DNA from: Spirochaetaceae bacterium
GTDB lineage: Bacteria > Spirochaetota > Spirochaetia > DSM-2461
Assembly: GCA_051531975.1 (NCBI GenBank)
Contig: JAOPTT010000004.1
Span: forward strand, 226,243 to 290,242
Length of the DNA stretch: 64,000 bases
Direction: 5' to 3'
The position numbers and the translations under genes were made by a program. The notes under the pieces were generated by a model. It was not told the origin of the DNA. It ran no database searches and was given only the letters and a program-made list of their open reading frames with translations. The number at the start of each line of letters is the position of its first letter. Within the stretch, counting starts at the first letter, position 1. This document shows, piece after piece, positions 50,343-59,817 of the stretch.

Positions 50343-51044
50343 ATGGTCGAAGTAAAAAGTTTGTATAAAAAATACGGTGATAAAACTGCTGTAAATAACA
50401 TCTCATTTAAAATAAACCAAGGTGAGATTTTTGGTATTATGGGGCCAAACGGTGCAGGTAAAAGTACTACACTTGAATGTATTCTTGGAACAAAAAAGAA
50501 AGACTCTGGAGATATTCTCATATTAGGTGAACACAAAATAAAAAAAGAGATGTTTAATAATATTGGAGTTCAGTTTCAGGAATCTTCTTACCAAGCTAAT
50601 ATAAGGGTTTCAGAGATTTGTGAGTTTACATCTGCACTATATAATATAGATATAGACTATTTAGCTATGTTAGAAGATTTTAACCTTTTGGATAAAAAAT
50701 CCTTAGTAATATCTTCATTATCTGGAGGAGAGAGACAAAAACTATCTATATTATTAGCATCTATTCACTCTCCTGAACTGCTTTTTTTAGATGAACTAAC
50801 AACTGGGTTAGATCCCATTGCAAGAAGGGAGACCTGGAAATTTATTAAAAATCTAAACAATAATGGAACCACAATTATTATTACATCCCACTTTATGGAC
50901 GAAGTTGAATTTTTATGTGATAGGGGATTTATATTAAAAAATGGTGTAATAAAAGCAGAGGGTTCAATTGATCAATTGGTAACATTTGGTAAAGGGAAAA
51001 ACTTGGATGAATCATATATTAATATTTTAGAAGGGGTTTTATAA
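50343..51044 (+). CDS. ABC-2 type exporter ATP-binding protein
   Basis: GPNGAGKST, LSGGE and LFLDELTTGLD motifs. Confidence 0.93.
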   Translation: MVEVKSLYKKYGDKTAVNNISFKINQGEIFGIMGPNGAGKSTTLECILGTKKKDSGDILILGEHKIKKEMFNNIGVQFQESSYQANIRVSEICEFTSALYNIDIDYLAMLEDFNLLDKKSLVISSLSGGERQKLSILLASIHSPELLFLDELTTGLDPIARRETWKFIKNLNNNGTTIIITSHFMDEVEFLCDRGFILKNGVIKAEGSIDQLVTFGKGKNLDESYINILEGVL

Positions 51045-51757
51045 TGAAGAGGTTGTTTATTTTAACATGGACAGAACTAAAGTTATCAATCCGTAATTTT
51101 GATGCAGTTTTTTTTGGTATCGTTATGCCACTAATAATTATAACAGTCATATATTTTATTGATAAAAGTATCATTACAACAAACTTTGGAGCGTACATCT
51201 CTATTGGAATTTGTGCTATTGGCTTAATGGGGCTTCCTATAACTTTATCGGATTATAGAGAGAAGAAAATCTTAAAAAGACTACAGGTTACACCTATAAC
51301 CCCAAGGACTTTGTTATCTATTCAAGTTTTAGTACAATCTATAATGGCTATAAGTTCTGCATTATTAACAACCGTTGCTGGTATTCTGTTTTTTAAAGCT
51401 AATGTACTTTCAAATGTGTTTCCAACTATTGTAGCCTATCTGATTGTTCTGATTTCGATATTTTCTATTGGTCTACTAATTACAAGTATATCTCCAAATG
51501 TAAAAAAGGCTGGTTTTATATGTTCATTAGTATATTTCCCAATGTTACTATTTTCAGGAACTACAATACCTTTATCAGTATTCCCGGTCGCAGTGCAAAA
51601 AATTTCTATGGTACTACCTTTAACCCAGGGTGTAGTACTGTTAAATGGTGTCATTGATGGGACATCGATCTTTAACTTTCCTGTCCAATTAACTATTTTG
51701 GTTCTTGTCTCCATAATTTCCATTTTAACTTCTATTAGGCTGTTTAAATGGAGTTAG
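51044..51757 (+). CDS. ABC-2 type exporter permease
   Basis: Six TM helices; YREKKILKRL; FSGTTIP. Confidence 0.88.
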   Translation: MKRLFILTWTELKLSIRNFDAVFFGIVMPLIIITVIYFIDKSIITTNFGAYISIGICAIGLMGLPITLSDYREKKILKRLQVTPITPRTLLSIQVLVQSIMAISSALLTTVAGILFFKANVLSNVFPTIVAYLIVLISIFSIGLLITSISPNVKKAGFICSLVYFPMLLFSGTTIPLSVFPVAVQKISMVLPLTQGVVLLNGVIDGTSIFNFPVQLTILVLVSIISILTSIRLFKWS

Positions 51758-51773
51758 ATTGTAAATAATAAAT

Positions 51774-51812
51774 ATAACTTATAGTTAAATAAACTTAACT
51801 ATAGGTTATTTT
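51774..51812 (+). terminator. Hairpin, probable terminator
   Basis: ATAACTTATAGTTAA / TTAACTATAGGTTAT plus T run. Confidence 0.55.
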
Positions 51813-51878
51813 TAAAATATTATGTAGCTCAATAAAAATATTGTATAATAATATTTATACAATATTTTAGGAGTTCAT

Positions 51879-53663
51879 TTGTTAAAAAAATTATTTCTAT
51901 TAAGTTTTTTATTAACTATGTTTTATTGTTATTCTGATCAATTCATAAATTTAGACAAAGATATAGGACAATATAATGTTGGTAAATTTATTGAGTATTA
52001 TGTAGATTTAACAGATGAATTGACTATAGATGATTTTCTAGAAATGAATACCGTTGAATTTACAAGATCAGAAGTTGATAACTTAAATTTTGGATTTTCC
52101 CAAGATGTTCATTGGATAAAGTTTAATATAAAGAACTCACAAATTACAGAACAAGAAATTCTTTTAGAATATCAACACCCTCATATGGATAATGTTGATA
52201 CTTTTGTTGTACGTAATAATAAAGTTGTAAACTTGTTTCATGGTGGAGACTTTTATGCATATGATTATAGAGAGATTGATTATCAGAACTTAGTTTACCA
52301 GATATTTATTCCTCCCAATTCTAAATCAACTATTTTCATGAAGTTTAAAACCCAAGGTTCTATGCAAATTCCTATTAAGTTATGGTATCCAATACCTTTT
52401 GCAGAGAAAATTAATAAAGAACAACTTTTCTTAGGTATTTATTTTGGAATATTAATTGGACTATTGCTTTATAATATCTTCCTATTTATTTTTATAAAAG
52501 ATAAGAACTACTTCTATTACCTATTATATTTAGTTGTAATAATACTATTACAACTTGGGATAAATAGATTAGATGTAGAATATTTGTGGCCTAATTTTAT
52601 CTATTTTGCCAATATTAGTTTTCCTATGTTTTACAATTTAGGTTTCATTTTTGCAGGTTTATATTCTAGGTCATTTTTAGAAACAAAGGTCAGAGCACCA
52701 CTCCTGGATAAGTTAATTTTAGTTTTTATGGGAATTGGTGTTATTGGTCTTCTGTTATCTTTTTTTGTTGGATATAATGCGGGGTTCTTTCCTGTTCTCT
52801 ATATCCTGGCTATATTTGAACCTATTATTTTACTTATTGCGGGTATTGTTTGTTGGAAACGGGGTTTTAAAACTGCAAGATATTATACTATTGCATGGTC
52901 AGGATTAATAGTCTCATCATTAGTTTTTAATTTACGTAATATAACTGTATTACCAAGTGTATTTATTACAGATTATAGTCTCTATTTTGGAACTACTTTT
53001 GAAGCACTGTTTTTATCAATAGCATTAGCAGATAGGATTAATACTATTAAAGCAGAAATTCTAACAGTTCAGCAGAGGTTTACTAAGGAACTTGAAATCA
53101 AAGTCTTAGATAGAACTTTAGAATTAGAAGAGATGAATAAAAAGTTATCTACACTTTCAAATGTAGACGGTTTAACAAGTTTATATAACAGGAGATATTT
53201 TGATTCATCTATGAACAAAGAGTGGGAAAGGTCGGTTAGATTAAAACTTCCACTGTCGCTTATAATACTAGATATTGATCACTTTAAACTGTTTAACGAT
53301 AATTATGGACATCAGGCAGGAGATGACTGTATTAAAAGAGTTGCAAAATGTTTATTAAAATCTGTAAATAGAGCTACTGATATAGTTGCCCGTTATGGTG
53401 GTGAGGAGTTTGCTATTATTTTACCAAACTGTGATAGTGATGGGGCAATGTTTGTCTCAAGCATTGTCCAGAATGTAATACTAGAAGAAGCAATAGTTCA
53501 TGGCTTCTCAAGTGTCTCAGATACTATTACCCTTAGCATCGGTGTTTCTACAACACTGGCAAATAATGATCAAAATTTTGATTCTTTAATTAAATTAAGT
53601 GATGATGCTTTGTATATAAGTAAAAAATCAGGTAGGAATAAAATCTCAATTTTAGATACCTAA
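51879..53663 (+). CDS. Diguanylate cyclase with 7TM-DISM sensor
   Basis: LNFGFSQDVHW extracellular domain, seven TM helices, DGLTSLYNRR, DIDHFK, RATD I-site and RYGGEEF. Confidence 0.92.
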   Translation: MLKKLFLLSFLLTMFYCYSDQFINLDKDIGQYNVGKFIEYYVDLTDELTIDDFLEMNTVEFTRSEVDNLNFGFSQDVHWIKFNIKNSQITEQEILLEYQHPHMDNVDTFVVRNNKVVNLFHGGDFYAYDYREIDYQNLVYQIFIPPNSKSTIFMKFKTQGSMQIPIKLWYPIPFAEKINKEQLFLGIYFGILIGLLLYNIFLFIFIKDKNYFYYLLYLVVIILLQLGINRLDVEYLWPNFIYFANISFPMFYNLGFIFAGLYSRSFLETKVRAPLLDKLILVFMGIGVIGLLLSFFVGYNAGFFPVLYILAIFEPIILLIAGIVCWKRGFKTARYYTIAWSGLIVSSLVFNLRNITVLPSVFITDYSLYFGTTFEALFLSIALADRINTIKAEILTVQQRFTKELEIKVLDRTLELEEMNKKLSTLSNVDGLTSLYNRRYFDSSMNKEWERSVRLKLPLSLIILDIDHFKLFNDNYGHQAGDDCIKRVAKCLLKSVNRATDIVARYGGEEFAIILPNCDSDGAMFVSSIVQNVILEEAIVHGFSSVSDTITLSIGVSTTLANNDQNFDSLIKLSDDALYISKKSGRNKISILDT

Positions 53664-53668
53664 TGTTA

Positions 53669-54340
53669 CTATTTTACTTCAAATAGTTTTGTGACCTCTT
53701 CTGTTATAGAGTCATATAGATAATGTATTTTTGTTTCATTAGTATTAAATGTTATCTGGTTATTGTCTACTAAAGTATAGTTAATAACATCTTCTGCTAG
53801 TTTTATAACATTTTCCCCATACTTATTGGAGATATAGAGGTCTGTTCTGTCATCAGCTGTTAAAAATGTATTTTGATTTGTATCATCTGAGATTATTAAA
53901 TATATGTTTTTATTGAAATTAAAACCTTTCTCTCTGTTTTCTCGGGATAGTTCGTAATGTTTTATTAATAAATCTTCCTGAAATAGGTAGTGTCCTTTTT
54001 GGGTATCAATAGAGTAAAAAAACATATTTACTGAGGGGGTTCCTCTTCCTATATATTTTGACCCAATGGCTAGACGGTCAAATCCACCAGATGTTCTTTT
54101 AACAATTTTTTCTGAACTAACTTCATAGGTTATAATATTATCTAACTTTCTTATAACATTATAGTTTTGTTCTATTTTACTGTCTGAATCATCAATCTCT
54201 ACTATTTCTACTCCCCTAGGTTTTGAAGGTATTATTGAACTTATTAATTCTTTTAGTAGGAATATTGATGTCAGGATTAAACATACGAATATAATAATGG
54301 AGTTAATGTTTCTTATTTTTCTTAAAATATATTTTTTCAT
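53669..54340 (-). CDS. Hypothetical membrane-anchored protein
   Basis: N-terminal TM helix; promoter TTTACA-N17-TATATT 5 nt before the ATG. Confidence 0.6.
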   Translation of the reverse strand: MKKYILRKIRNINSIIIFVCLILTSIFLLKELISSIIPSKPRGVEIVEIDDSDSKIEQNYNVIRKLDNIITYEVSSEKIVKRTSGGFDRLAIGSKYIGRGTPSVNMFFYSIDTQKGHYLFQEDLLIKHYELSRENREKGFNFNKNIYLIISDDTNQNTFLTADDRTDLYISNKYGENVIKLAEDVINYTLVDNNQITFNTNETKIHYLYDSITEEVTKLFEVK

Positions 54341-54374
54341 AAGTTAATATAATCCTAAGTTTTATCTATGTAAA

Positions 54375-54430
54375 CAACTTCTAGTTTTAAGAACGCAACC
54401 TCTAGTAGTTATAAAGCAACCTATAGTTGT
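54375..54430. promoter_or_regulatory. Three phased imperfect palindromes, candidate XRE operators
   Basis: CAACTTCTAGTTT (54375), CAACCTCTAGTAG (54396) and CAACCTATAGTTG (54417); 21-bp period. Confidence 0.6.
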
Positions 54431-54466
54431 TTGTTATTCTATGTTGTTTTTTATTATACTTTTAAT

Positions 54467-55141
54467 ATGAATATAAGTAATGAAATACATAGAGTCAGGA
54501 AACTAAATGGTTTAACCCAGGAGAAGTTTGCGGAATTAGTAGGTGTTAGTAGGCAAGCAGTAGCTAAATGGGAATCAGGGGAGTCTGTACCAGAACTAGA
54601 TAGACTTTTAATAATAAGTGATAAGTTTAGAGTTTCTATGGATATTCTAATTAAGGGAGAAGTTCCTTGTAGTCTACCTAGTGGGGCTAAGTCTGTGGAT
54701 AGTTTAGATGTTAGAGAGTTTTTATGTCGGGCTAAAATAAATACATATGCAGGGAAAGGGGCTGAAGTAAGTTCTAGTAGGGTTAAATCACATGACTTAC
54801 AATATTCTGAGGATGAGCTGTTATATTTGGATACCTATTTAGGAAGTACCAAGTTTACTGGTGAGGAGGCTGTATGGGTATCTTCAACACCAGTTTGGGC
54901 TATGAACTATACAGGGCGGGTGATAGGTGATTCCTTCTCTGGAGACTTTTTAAAAGAGTGCCTTAGTATGGTAATTCCAGAAAACCCTTTTAGAGGTCCT
55001 GAACTATATAGTAGTGGAGATTATACCTATTGTTGTAAAACTATTGGGGACTTTTCATGGTTTAGTGGAACAGAAGAGATTTATTTTCGCGGAATCAAAG
55101 TCTATGAGTGTCTTTTCCATGGAGGAGCTGTTACGGAATAA
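54467..55141 (+). CDS. XRE HTH regulator fused to a DUF5680-like domain
   Basis: LTQEKFAELVGVSRQAVAKWESG; AKINTYAG, YLDTYLG, WAMNY and FHGG. Start at ATG 54467, after TATACT-N6. Confidence 0.8.
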   Translation: MNISNEIHRVRKLNGLTQEKFAELVGVSRQAVAKWESGESVPELDRLLIISDKFRVSMDILIKGEVPCSLPSGAKSVDSLDVREFLCRAKINTYAGKGAEVSSSRVKSHDLQYSEDELLYLDTYLGSTKFTGEEAVWVSSTPVWAMNYTGRVIGDSFSGDFLKECLSMVIPENPFRGPELYSSGDYTYCCKTIGDFSWFSGTEEIYFRGIKVYECLFHGGAVTE

Positions 55142-55529
55142 CTTCAGTACTACTTTCTAACATCTCCTGTGTTAATGTTTTTCTTGTATATAAATATATG
55201 GAAACTGATAGTCCTATAATTATTAGTACTGTTTTTAGCCATATTTTATCTATAAAAAATATTATTGTAATAGACATGAAAAAAGACATTAATAATATAG
55301 CTATAATCTTAGATTTGACTGAGATTGCTCTGTATTTTAAGTATGAACCAATGTATTTACCAAATACTTTATGATTCGTTAACCATAGATAAAGTTTGGT
55401 AGAACTATTAAGAAAACAGGATGCAGATAGAAGTAAAAATGGTGTCGTTGGTAAAACTGGTAATATAATACCAATTATTCCTAATATAAGGGATATTATT
55501 CCTATAGCTATTAATAATACTTTTTTCAT
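55131..55529 (-). CDS. YbaN/DUF454 membrane protein
   Basis: GIIGIILPVLPTTPFLLLS signature. Confidence 0.9.
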   Translation of the reverse strand: MKKVLLIAIGIISLILGIIGIILPVLPTTPFLLLSASCFLNSSTKLYLWLTNHKVFGKYIGSYLKYRAISVKSKIIAILLMSFFMSITIIFFIDKIWLKTVLIIIGLSVSIYLYTRKTLTQEMLESSTEVIP

Positions 55530-55578
55530 ATAATAAATATATAATATTTATAAAGAAATATAAATAAAAGGTTACAAT

Positions 55579-55875
55579 ATGGATAAAATTTCAAGAGAAA
55601 AGAAAATAGTTAACCTTATGATTCTATCTTACTGTAAAAAAATCCATAAAAGCAAACAGTTATGCCCTGAATGCAATAATCTAACTATCTATTCTAATAG
55701 TAAATTAGATCTGTGTAGGTATGGTACAGATAAACCAAATTGTAGGAATTGTAATACTCATTGTTATAATAAGGATAATAAAAAAAGCATAAAAAAAATC
55801 ATGGGTTATATTGGGCCTCGGATGTTATATTTAATGCCAAAAGAGTTTATTAAACACATACTTAACTTTGATTGA
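55579..55875 (+). CDS. YgbA-like (nitrous oxide-stimulated promoter family) Cys-rich protein
   Basis: REKK.V..MI..YC..H, LCPEC, KPNCRNCNTHCY and GPRML motifs. Confidence 0.85.
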   Translation: MDKISREKKIVNLMILSYCKKIHKSKQLCPECNNLTIYSNSKLDLCRYGTDKPNCRNCNTHCYNKDNKKSIKKIMGYIGPRMLYLMPKEFIKHILNFD

Positions 55876-57337
55876 GTATAATTTTATTACTAAAACGTTT
55901 ATTACAATAATCCAAAATACTGCTTGTAGTATCTAATCTCCTAGATAAGTTCCCATCTCGAATATAGAAGTTCTCTTGCTTCTCTCCATCCTTATTCTTC
56001 ATTATCGTAAATAGAGGTTTTGAGCTTTTTAGAATTGTAACCTTACAGATTTCTTTTCCTTTATTAGTAATAAACTCAACAGCTAAGTTTTTAATAGCAT
56101 ATGTCCCATACATTCCTGAAACTATATTTCTAAGGTGTAGTTCAAATCCATCTTTATCCGTCGACTTTAGGGTATTATAGTCATTATTAAGACCTAATAT
56201 TTTTCCATTATCCTCTACTCCTATTAAAAGAGTTCCACCATAAGCATTAGCAAATGCTGCAATTGATTTAAGTATTACTATTTCCAGCTTTTTATTTACT
56301 TTGTCTTCTTTAATATCCCACCTAAGTGATGACTTAAACTCAAGATTAGAGCTCTCACCTTGGTTTATTAGTTTTTGTAATAACTCATCCTTAGTAAATC
56401 TATTATTCAACCTGTATCTATGAATAAAAAATAGTGAAGACAGAGATAAAAACAGCAGTAGAAGTGGGATAGAAGCTAATATATACATCTGATTAAATTG
56501 ACTAAAAAATAGTTCTGATTCAGGTATTATCAGGCCAATATTTCCAGAATAGTTTTCTAAATTATATGGAAGAACAAACCATATCTGCTGGTCATATTCG
56601 ATTAGGAAAGGTCTGTTTTCTAGTTTATCTTCTGATTCTTTAATAGCATATTGTGTTAATGACTTATAATACTCACTGTTTTTTTTGTTATCAAAGGGGA
56701 AAGTAAGTGCTTCTTCATATTTAAATGACGTATACAGAATTGCATTTGGGCTAAATATATTTTTGAAATATTGCTTAAACATTGAAACTGAAATATCAAT
56801 TGATATAAAATATTGTGGGTTATTCACTAATTGGTAAATTATTGAAAATCCTTTCTCATTATTTGATTTTAAAATATTTAGGTCTGTTAGATATAATTTG
56901 CCATCTTTATCTGAATCTACAATAGGGTAGATGTTTTTATAATAATTATTGATACTTTCTATATTTTGGCTTTTTACTTTATCATCTTCTAAAATAAAAG
57001 AAATTCCACTTTCATTATTAAAATAATTTATAGAAAATACTCCTGGTAGAGTCTTAAAAAGTTCTTTATCTAGAAGTTCTATGTTGAAGTTAGAGTTTTT
57101 AGGATCTGGGTAGTTTCCAGATTCTATCCAAAATGCACTATTATATAGGTATGAAAAATAGTTTGGTAATATTGTTTGCAGTTCAGAGTATGGTCTAGAC
57201 ATTATTGAATCTGACATGAAATCATTTAAACTGTTTTTTAACCTATTATTACCAGCCATTACAAAAATTAGAAAGAAGGCGATTAGTGCTGAAACTATTG
57301 AAACTGTAAGACTCTTTCTACTCTGATAAAACCTCAT
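55862..57337 (-). CDS. 2-TM receptor: extracytoplasmic Cache-like domain plus cytoplasmic AlbA_2/Schlafen domain
   Basis: TM helices near aa 10-28 and 285-305; GESSNLEFKSS, IAAFANAYGGTLLIGVEDNG and FYIRDG. Confidence 0.8.
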   Translation of the reverse strand: MRFYQSRKSLTVSIVSALIAFFLIFVMAGNNRLKNSLNDFMSDSIMSRPYSELQTILPNYFSYLYNSAFWIESGNYPDPKNSNFNIELLDKELFKTLPGVFSINYFNNESGISFILEDDKVKSQNIESINNYYKNIYPIVDSDKDGKLYLTDLNILKSNNEKGFSIIYQLVNNPQYFISIDISVSMFKQYFKNIFSPNAILYTSFKYEEALTFPFDNKKNSEYYKSLTQYAIKESEDKLENRPFLIEYDQQIWFVLPYNLENYSGNIGLIIPESELFFSQFNQMYILASIPLLLLFLSLSSLFFIHRYRLNNRFTKDELLQKLINQGESSNLEFKSSLRWDIKEDKVNKKLEIVILKSIAAFANAYGGTLLIGVEDNGKILGLNNDYNTLKSTDKDGFELHLRNIVSGMYGTYAIKNLAVEFITNKGKEICKVTILKSSKPLFTIMKNKDGEKQENFYIRDGNLSRRLDTTSSILDYCNKRFSNKIILNQS

Positions 57338-57573
57338 TTAAACTCCATAATATCTTTATGTTTTATGGTATGATGATGTTGATATTAAATCAATATTCAT
57401 TACAAAACTATAATATAACTATTTGTTAATATGTCTGATTATAATTTTGATAGTAGTATTGATTATCCTTATAAATAATATCTAAAAAAACAGAGTTAAT
57501 TTTTGTTTATAACTATATATAATGTTGCTTTCTACATCAGAAGGTTTAAAATTATATAGAGGACAAAATAAAG

Positions 57574-58800
57574 ATGTCTATAAAACTGAAAAAGCGAAAG
57601 TTATTATGGGTAATCTCAGGAGCTATAGATTTAGTAGGTGTCACAGATATATCCCATGGTAAAAGAGTTGCATATATAGCATCGATTATTTTATCTAAGT
57701 TAGAAGGCTTTCCTTGGAGTTTAGATGATGTAATAACTTCCTCACTATTACATGATTGTGGAGTCTCATCCACAGATGTCCATGAAAAATTAGTTCATGA
57801 AATGGAATGGAGCCTGGCTAATGTTCACTGTAAAAGAGGTGAACAATTATTACTTCTTCAACCTGAATTTAACTACTTAGCAGCTGCTATTGGTAGACAC
57901 CATACCCGTTGGATTGATTTACCAAAAGATAAAAATAGTTCATTAGCAAATCTAATTTTTTTAGCTGATAGACTTGATGTACTAATTGCAACTGCTGAAG
58001 GTCCTATTTTAAAAAATAAAGAACAAATAATAGATAAAATTAAAAATTATAGTGGCAGTTTATTTTCTCCAGATCTTGTAGAGAGTTTTTTGCAAGTATC
58101 AAACAACGATAATTTTTGGATAAACTGGTCTAAGTTTAGTGATTGTGAATATTTAAAAGAGTGGATGGATGAAATAGATAAAGAAACTATCTCTTATAGT
58201 TCATTAAAAGATCTATTTGCATTTTTTGGAGCTTGTGTAGACGGTAAAAGTCATTTTACCTATAGTCACTCAGTGGGAGTAGCTTCTTTATCACGGAAAA
58301 TTGCTGAATTAAATGGAATATCTGGTGAAATGTTAGATGAGTTAGAGCTAGCAGGCCTTATACACGATATGGGAAAGTTAAAAGTTCCCGATGAAATATT
58401 AGATAAACCTGAGAAACTACTATCTGATGAACGGTATATTATACAGTTTCATAGTCAAGATACATATAATATCTTATCCCAGGTTAAAGAGTTGGAGCAT
58501 ATAGCAAAATGGGCTTCTCAGCATCATGAAAAATTAAATGGTTCAGGTTATCCTAATTCAGAAAAGGGTAAAAATCTCCCCGTTGAAGCCAGGATAATAG
58601 CCATAGCAGATATTTTTCAGGCATTGGCTCAAAATAGACCATATAGAAAAGGCCTGCCTATTAGAAATATAATGGATATTCTTGAGGATATGACTCTATA
58701 CGATGAGTTAGATCGGGATCTTGTAGAGTTAGTAGAACATAATCAAGCTGTCTGTTTAAAAGCAGCATTTACTGAATCATCATATAAGTTATCTAGTTAA
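57574..58800 (+). CDS. Tandem HD / HD-GYP phosphodiesterase
   Basis: LLHDCG in the first domain; IHDMGK, HHEKLNGSGYP, IADIFQAL and RPYR in the second. Confidence 0.88.
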   Translation: MSIKLKKRKLLWVISGAIDLVGVTDISHGKRVAYIASIILSKLEGFPWSLDDVITSSLLHDCGVSSTDVHEKLVHEMEWSLANVHCKRGEQLLLLQPEFNYLAAAIGRHHTRWIDLPKDKNSSLANLIFLADRLDVLIATAEGPILKNKEQIIDKIKNYSGSLFSPDLVESFLQVSNNDNFWINWSKFSDCEYLKEWMDEIDKETISYSSLKDLFAFFGACVDGKSHFTYSHSVGVASLSRKIAELNGISGEMLDELELAGLIHDMGKLKVPDEILDKPEKLLSDERYIIQFHSQDTYNILSQVKELEHIAKWASQHHEKLNGSGYPNSEKGKNLPVEARIIAIADIFQALAQNRPYRKGLPIRNIMDILEDMTLYDELDRDLVELVEHNQAVCLKAAFTESSYKLSS

Positions 58801-58943
58801 GTAATTAAAAACTGTTAAAAGTAATTATACCAACTTCTTTTGTTCATATATTTCAAGGATTAACTTCATTTAAGATTTAACAAAATGTTATTATTCAAAT
58901 TATATAGTAGATATAACTATTATAATGAGGTATTTTTATCTAT

Positions 58944-59348
58944 ATGACTGAAACTGGTAAACAGATTGTTGAAAAGATTAAACCTCTAATTGATAGTGAT
59001 ATAGAACTTACAATTTTATATGGTTCAGCTGCTACAAATAGGTTAACAGACAGAAGTGATATAGATATTGTCATTGGTAGTAATAAGAAAATCTCAAATG
59101 ATAAATCTCTAGAGTTATCACTAAAGTTAACTCATCTGTTAAATAGGGAAGTCTCAGTAATTGATATTTCAAAGATGGAAGGTGTTATTCTTTACGAAGT
59201 ACTAAATAAAGGTCTTACTGTAAAAAACTCAGACCCACTGTTAAAGGCTCTATATATTTCAAAGATGATTACATTTACAGAGGATATTCTTCCATATCAT
59301 ATGTTGTCATATAAAAATAAAATTAAGGACTTTTTAAATGATGAATGA
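58944..59348 (+). CDS. mntA: Minimal nucleotidyltransferase antitoxin (MntA-like)
   Basis: LYGSAA...RSDIDI (GSx10DxD). Confidence 0.82.
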   Translation: MTETGKQIVEKIKPLIDSDIELTILYGSAATNRLTDRSDIDIVIGSNKKISNDKSLELSLKLTHLLNREVSVIDISKMEGVILYEVLNKGLTVKNSDPLLKALYISKMITFTEDILPYHMLSYKNKIKDFLNDE

Positions 59349-59748
59349 AGTTATAATTAAAAAAATAGAGTCTCTAATTAGATGTATAAAGCGGATAGAG
59401 GCTAAAAGACCAGATGAATCAACTGCTCTAAAAAGTGATTATGATCTCCAGGATATCATATCTGTTAACCTGGAAAGAGCTGTTCAGATCTCTGTGGATA
59501 TTTCTGCAATAATAATTTCAGAACGAGATATCAAGCCATCAAATACAATGGCCGGAACATTTAAGGCCCTTTCTGATAACAGTATTCTTCCTGAAGAGTT
59601 ATCAATAAAGCTTCAAAAGTCTGTTGGTTTTAGAAACATTTCTGTGCATGAGTACAATGATATAGATTGGGAATTTGTATTTGACATAATTCATAATCAT
59701 CTTTCGAACTTTAAGTTTTTTATTAAAGAGATCAATAATTTATATTAG
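59338..59748 (+). CDS. hepT: HEPN/DUF86 RNase toxin (HepT-like)
   Basis: FRNISVHEY (Rx4H followed by Tyr); overlaps mntA. Confidence 0.85.
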   Translation: MMNEVIIKKIESLIRCIKRIEAKRPDESTALKSDYDLQDIISVNLERAVQISVDISAIIISERDIKPSNTMAGTFKALSDNSILPEELSIKLQKSVGFRNISVHEYNDIDWEFVFDIIHNHLSNFKFFIKEINNLY

Positions 59749-59817
59749 TGATTAGCTTTTTGTTTAGTAATACTATTATTTTCGTTTGAAGTGTATATAT
59801 TTAGTGCAAAACAAGAG

